Positions 63,413 through 64,000 of a DNA stretch of 64,000 bases are shown in pieces. The stretch covers positions 2,790,001 through 2,854,000 of the forward strand of contig NC_092672.1 of the NCBI RefSeq assembly GCF_964355755.1, given 5' to 3'. A program made the translations under genes and the position numbers. The notes under the pieces are model-generated. The model did not search any database. It was not told the origin of the DNA and was given only the letters and a program-made list of their open reading frames with translations. The first letter of the stretch is position 1; every line of letters begins with the position of its first letter. This DNA is from Antedon mediterranea. Its lineage: Eukaryota; Animalia; Echinodermata.

Positions 63413-63904
63413 ATACATTTAACAGGTTTTAAAATCTGAATACAATGTGATAGTTTGACTCGTTTAAATGAAATCAGTGATGATTTTACTGTCTGGAATC
63501 CTTGCCAGATTTCTTGTCTGCATTTTTATATATTGATGTTTCAAAAAATTGAGTTTACTTACTTTACATATGATTGAAACTTTACAAGAGGTTTTTAAAA
63601 CATTGCATATTTTCTTTTTTAGTAATAAATTACTTTACTTAAAATTTAAAGAATTTAAATTATTGCTGTGTAGAAGTTATTCATAGAAATCATATAAAAG
63701 AAACGGTCTGTTTTTACATAATTTCTTATATAATTCCAACGTCGTCATATCAGAAATTGCGTAAAGGGCGTTTCTTAACGATAAATGCGTGAACCGCGTT
63801 CCATACTATCTCATAAAAGAAAGAGGGAAATTCCATTTCTAATTTCATTTTGGTCGTTTCCAGTAATTTCCTACGATTTAAAAAGCTGGTTTCTTGTTGT
63901 AGCC

Positions 63905-63989
63905 ATGTCGATACAAAACAGCAAATACGTTTTCTCTGTATATTTTTGTTTATTGTATTTACTAGTAGGCATACAACAAGGATCTGCAG
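63905..63989 (+). CDS. First coding exon of a secreted or membrane protein (signal peptide); the gene continues beyond the window
   Basis: gccATG context. MSIQNSKYVFSVYFCLLYLLVGIQQGSA has a basic residue, a hydrophobic core and small residues at the cleavage site. Consensus phase-1 donor CAG|gtgagt. Confidence 0.75.
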
Positions 63990-64000
63990 GTGAGTAGGCC

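Overview
AT-rich eukaryotic (invertebrate animal-like) genomic DNA; no prokaryotic features and no CRISPR. Two spliced protein-coding genes lie head-to-head around 40.4-40.7 kb. (1) On the minus strand is a C2H2 zinc-finger gene with one large coding exon (36477-34193) and two small downstream coding exons (23239-23173, 17341-17261), about 810 aa in total. It also has a candidate alternative/poison exon (26636-26383) and apparent non-coding exons continuing towards the left edge. (2) On the plus strand is MRPL44 (mitochondrial ribosomal protein L44), hand-assembled from 9 phase-consistent exons (40674-62678, 344 aa). A third gene (signal-peptide exon) starts at 63905. Introns are crowded with non-autonomous DNA transposons (several PIF/Harbinger-Tourist families, one with about 15 copies; Kolobok-like; P-like), SINE/LINE remnants, minisatellites and local duplications. 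The most notable element is a Penelope-like retroelement copy (23912-24373) with an 11-bp target-site duplication, an intact minimal hammerhead ribozyme core sense to the zinc-finger intron, and an internal 48-bp segment amplified about 8-fold. All gene models were built by eye from splice signals, phase and recalled homology; no searches were run.
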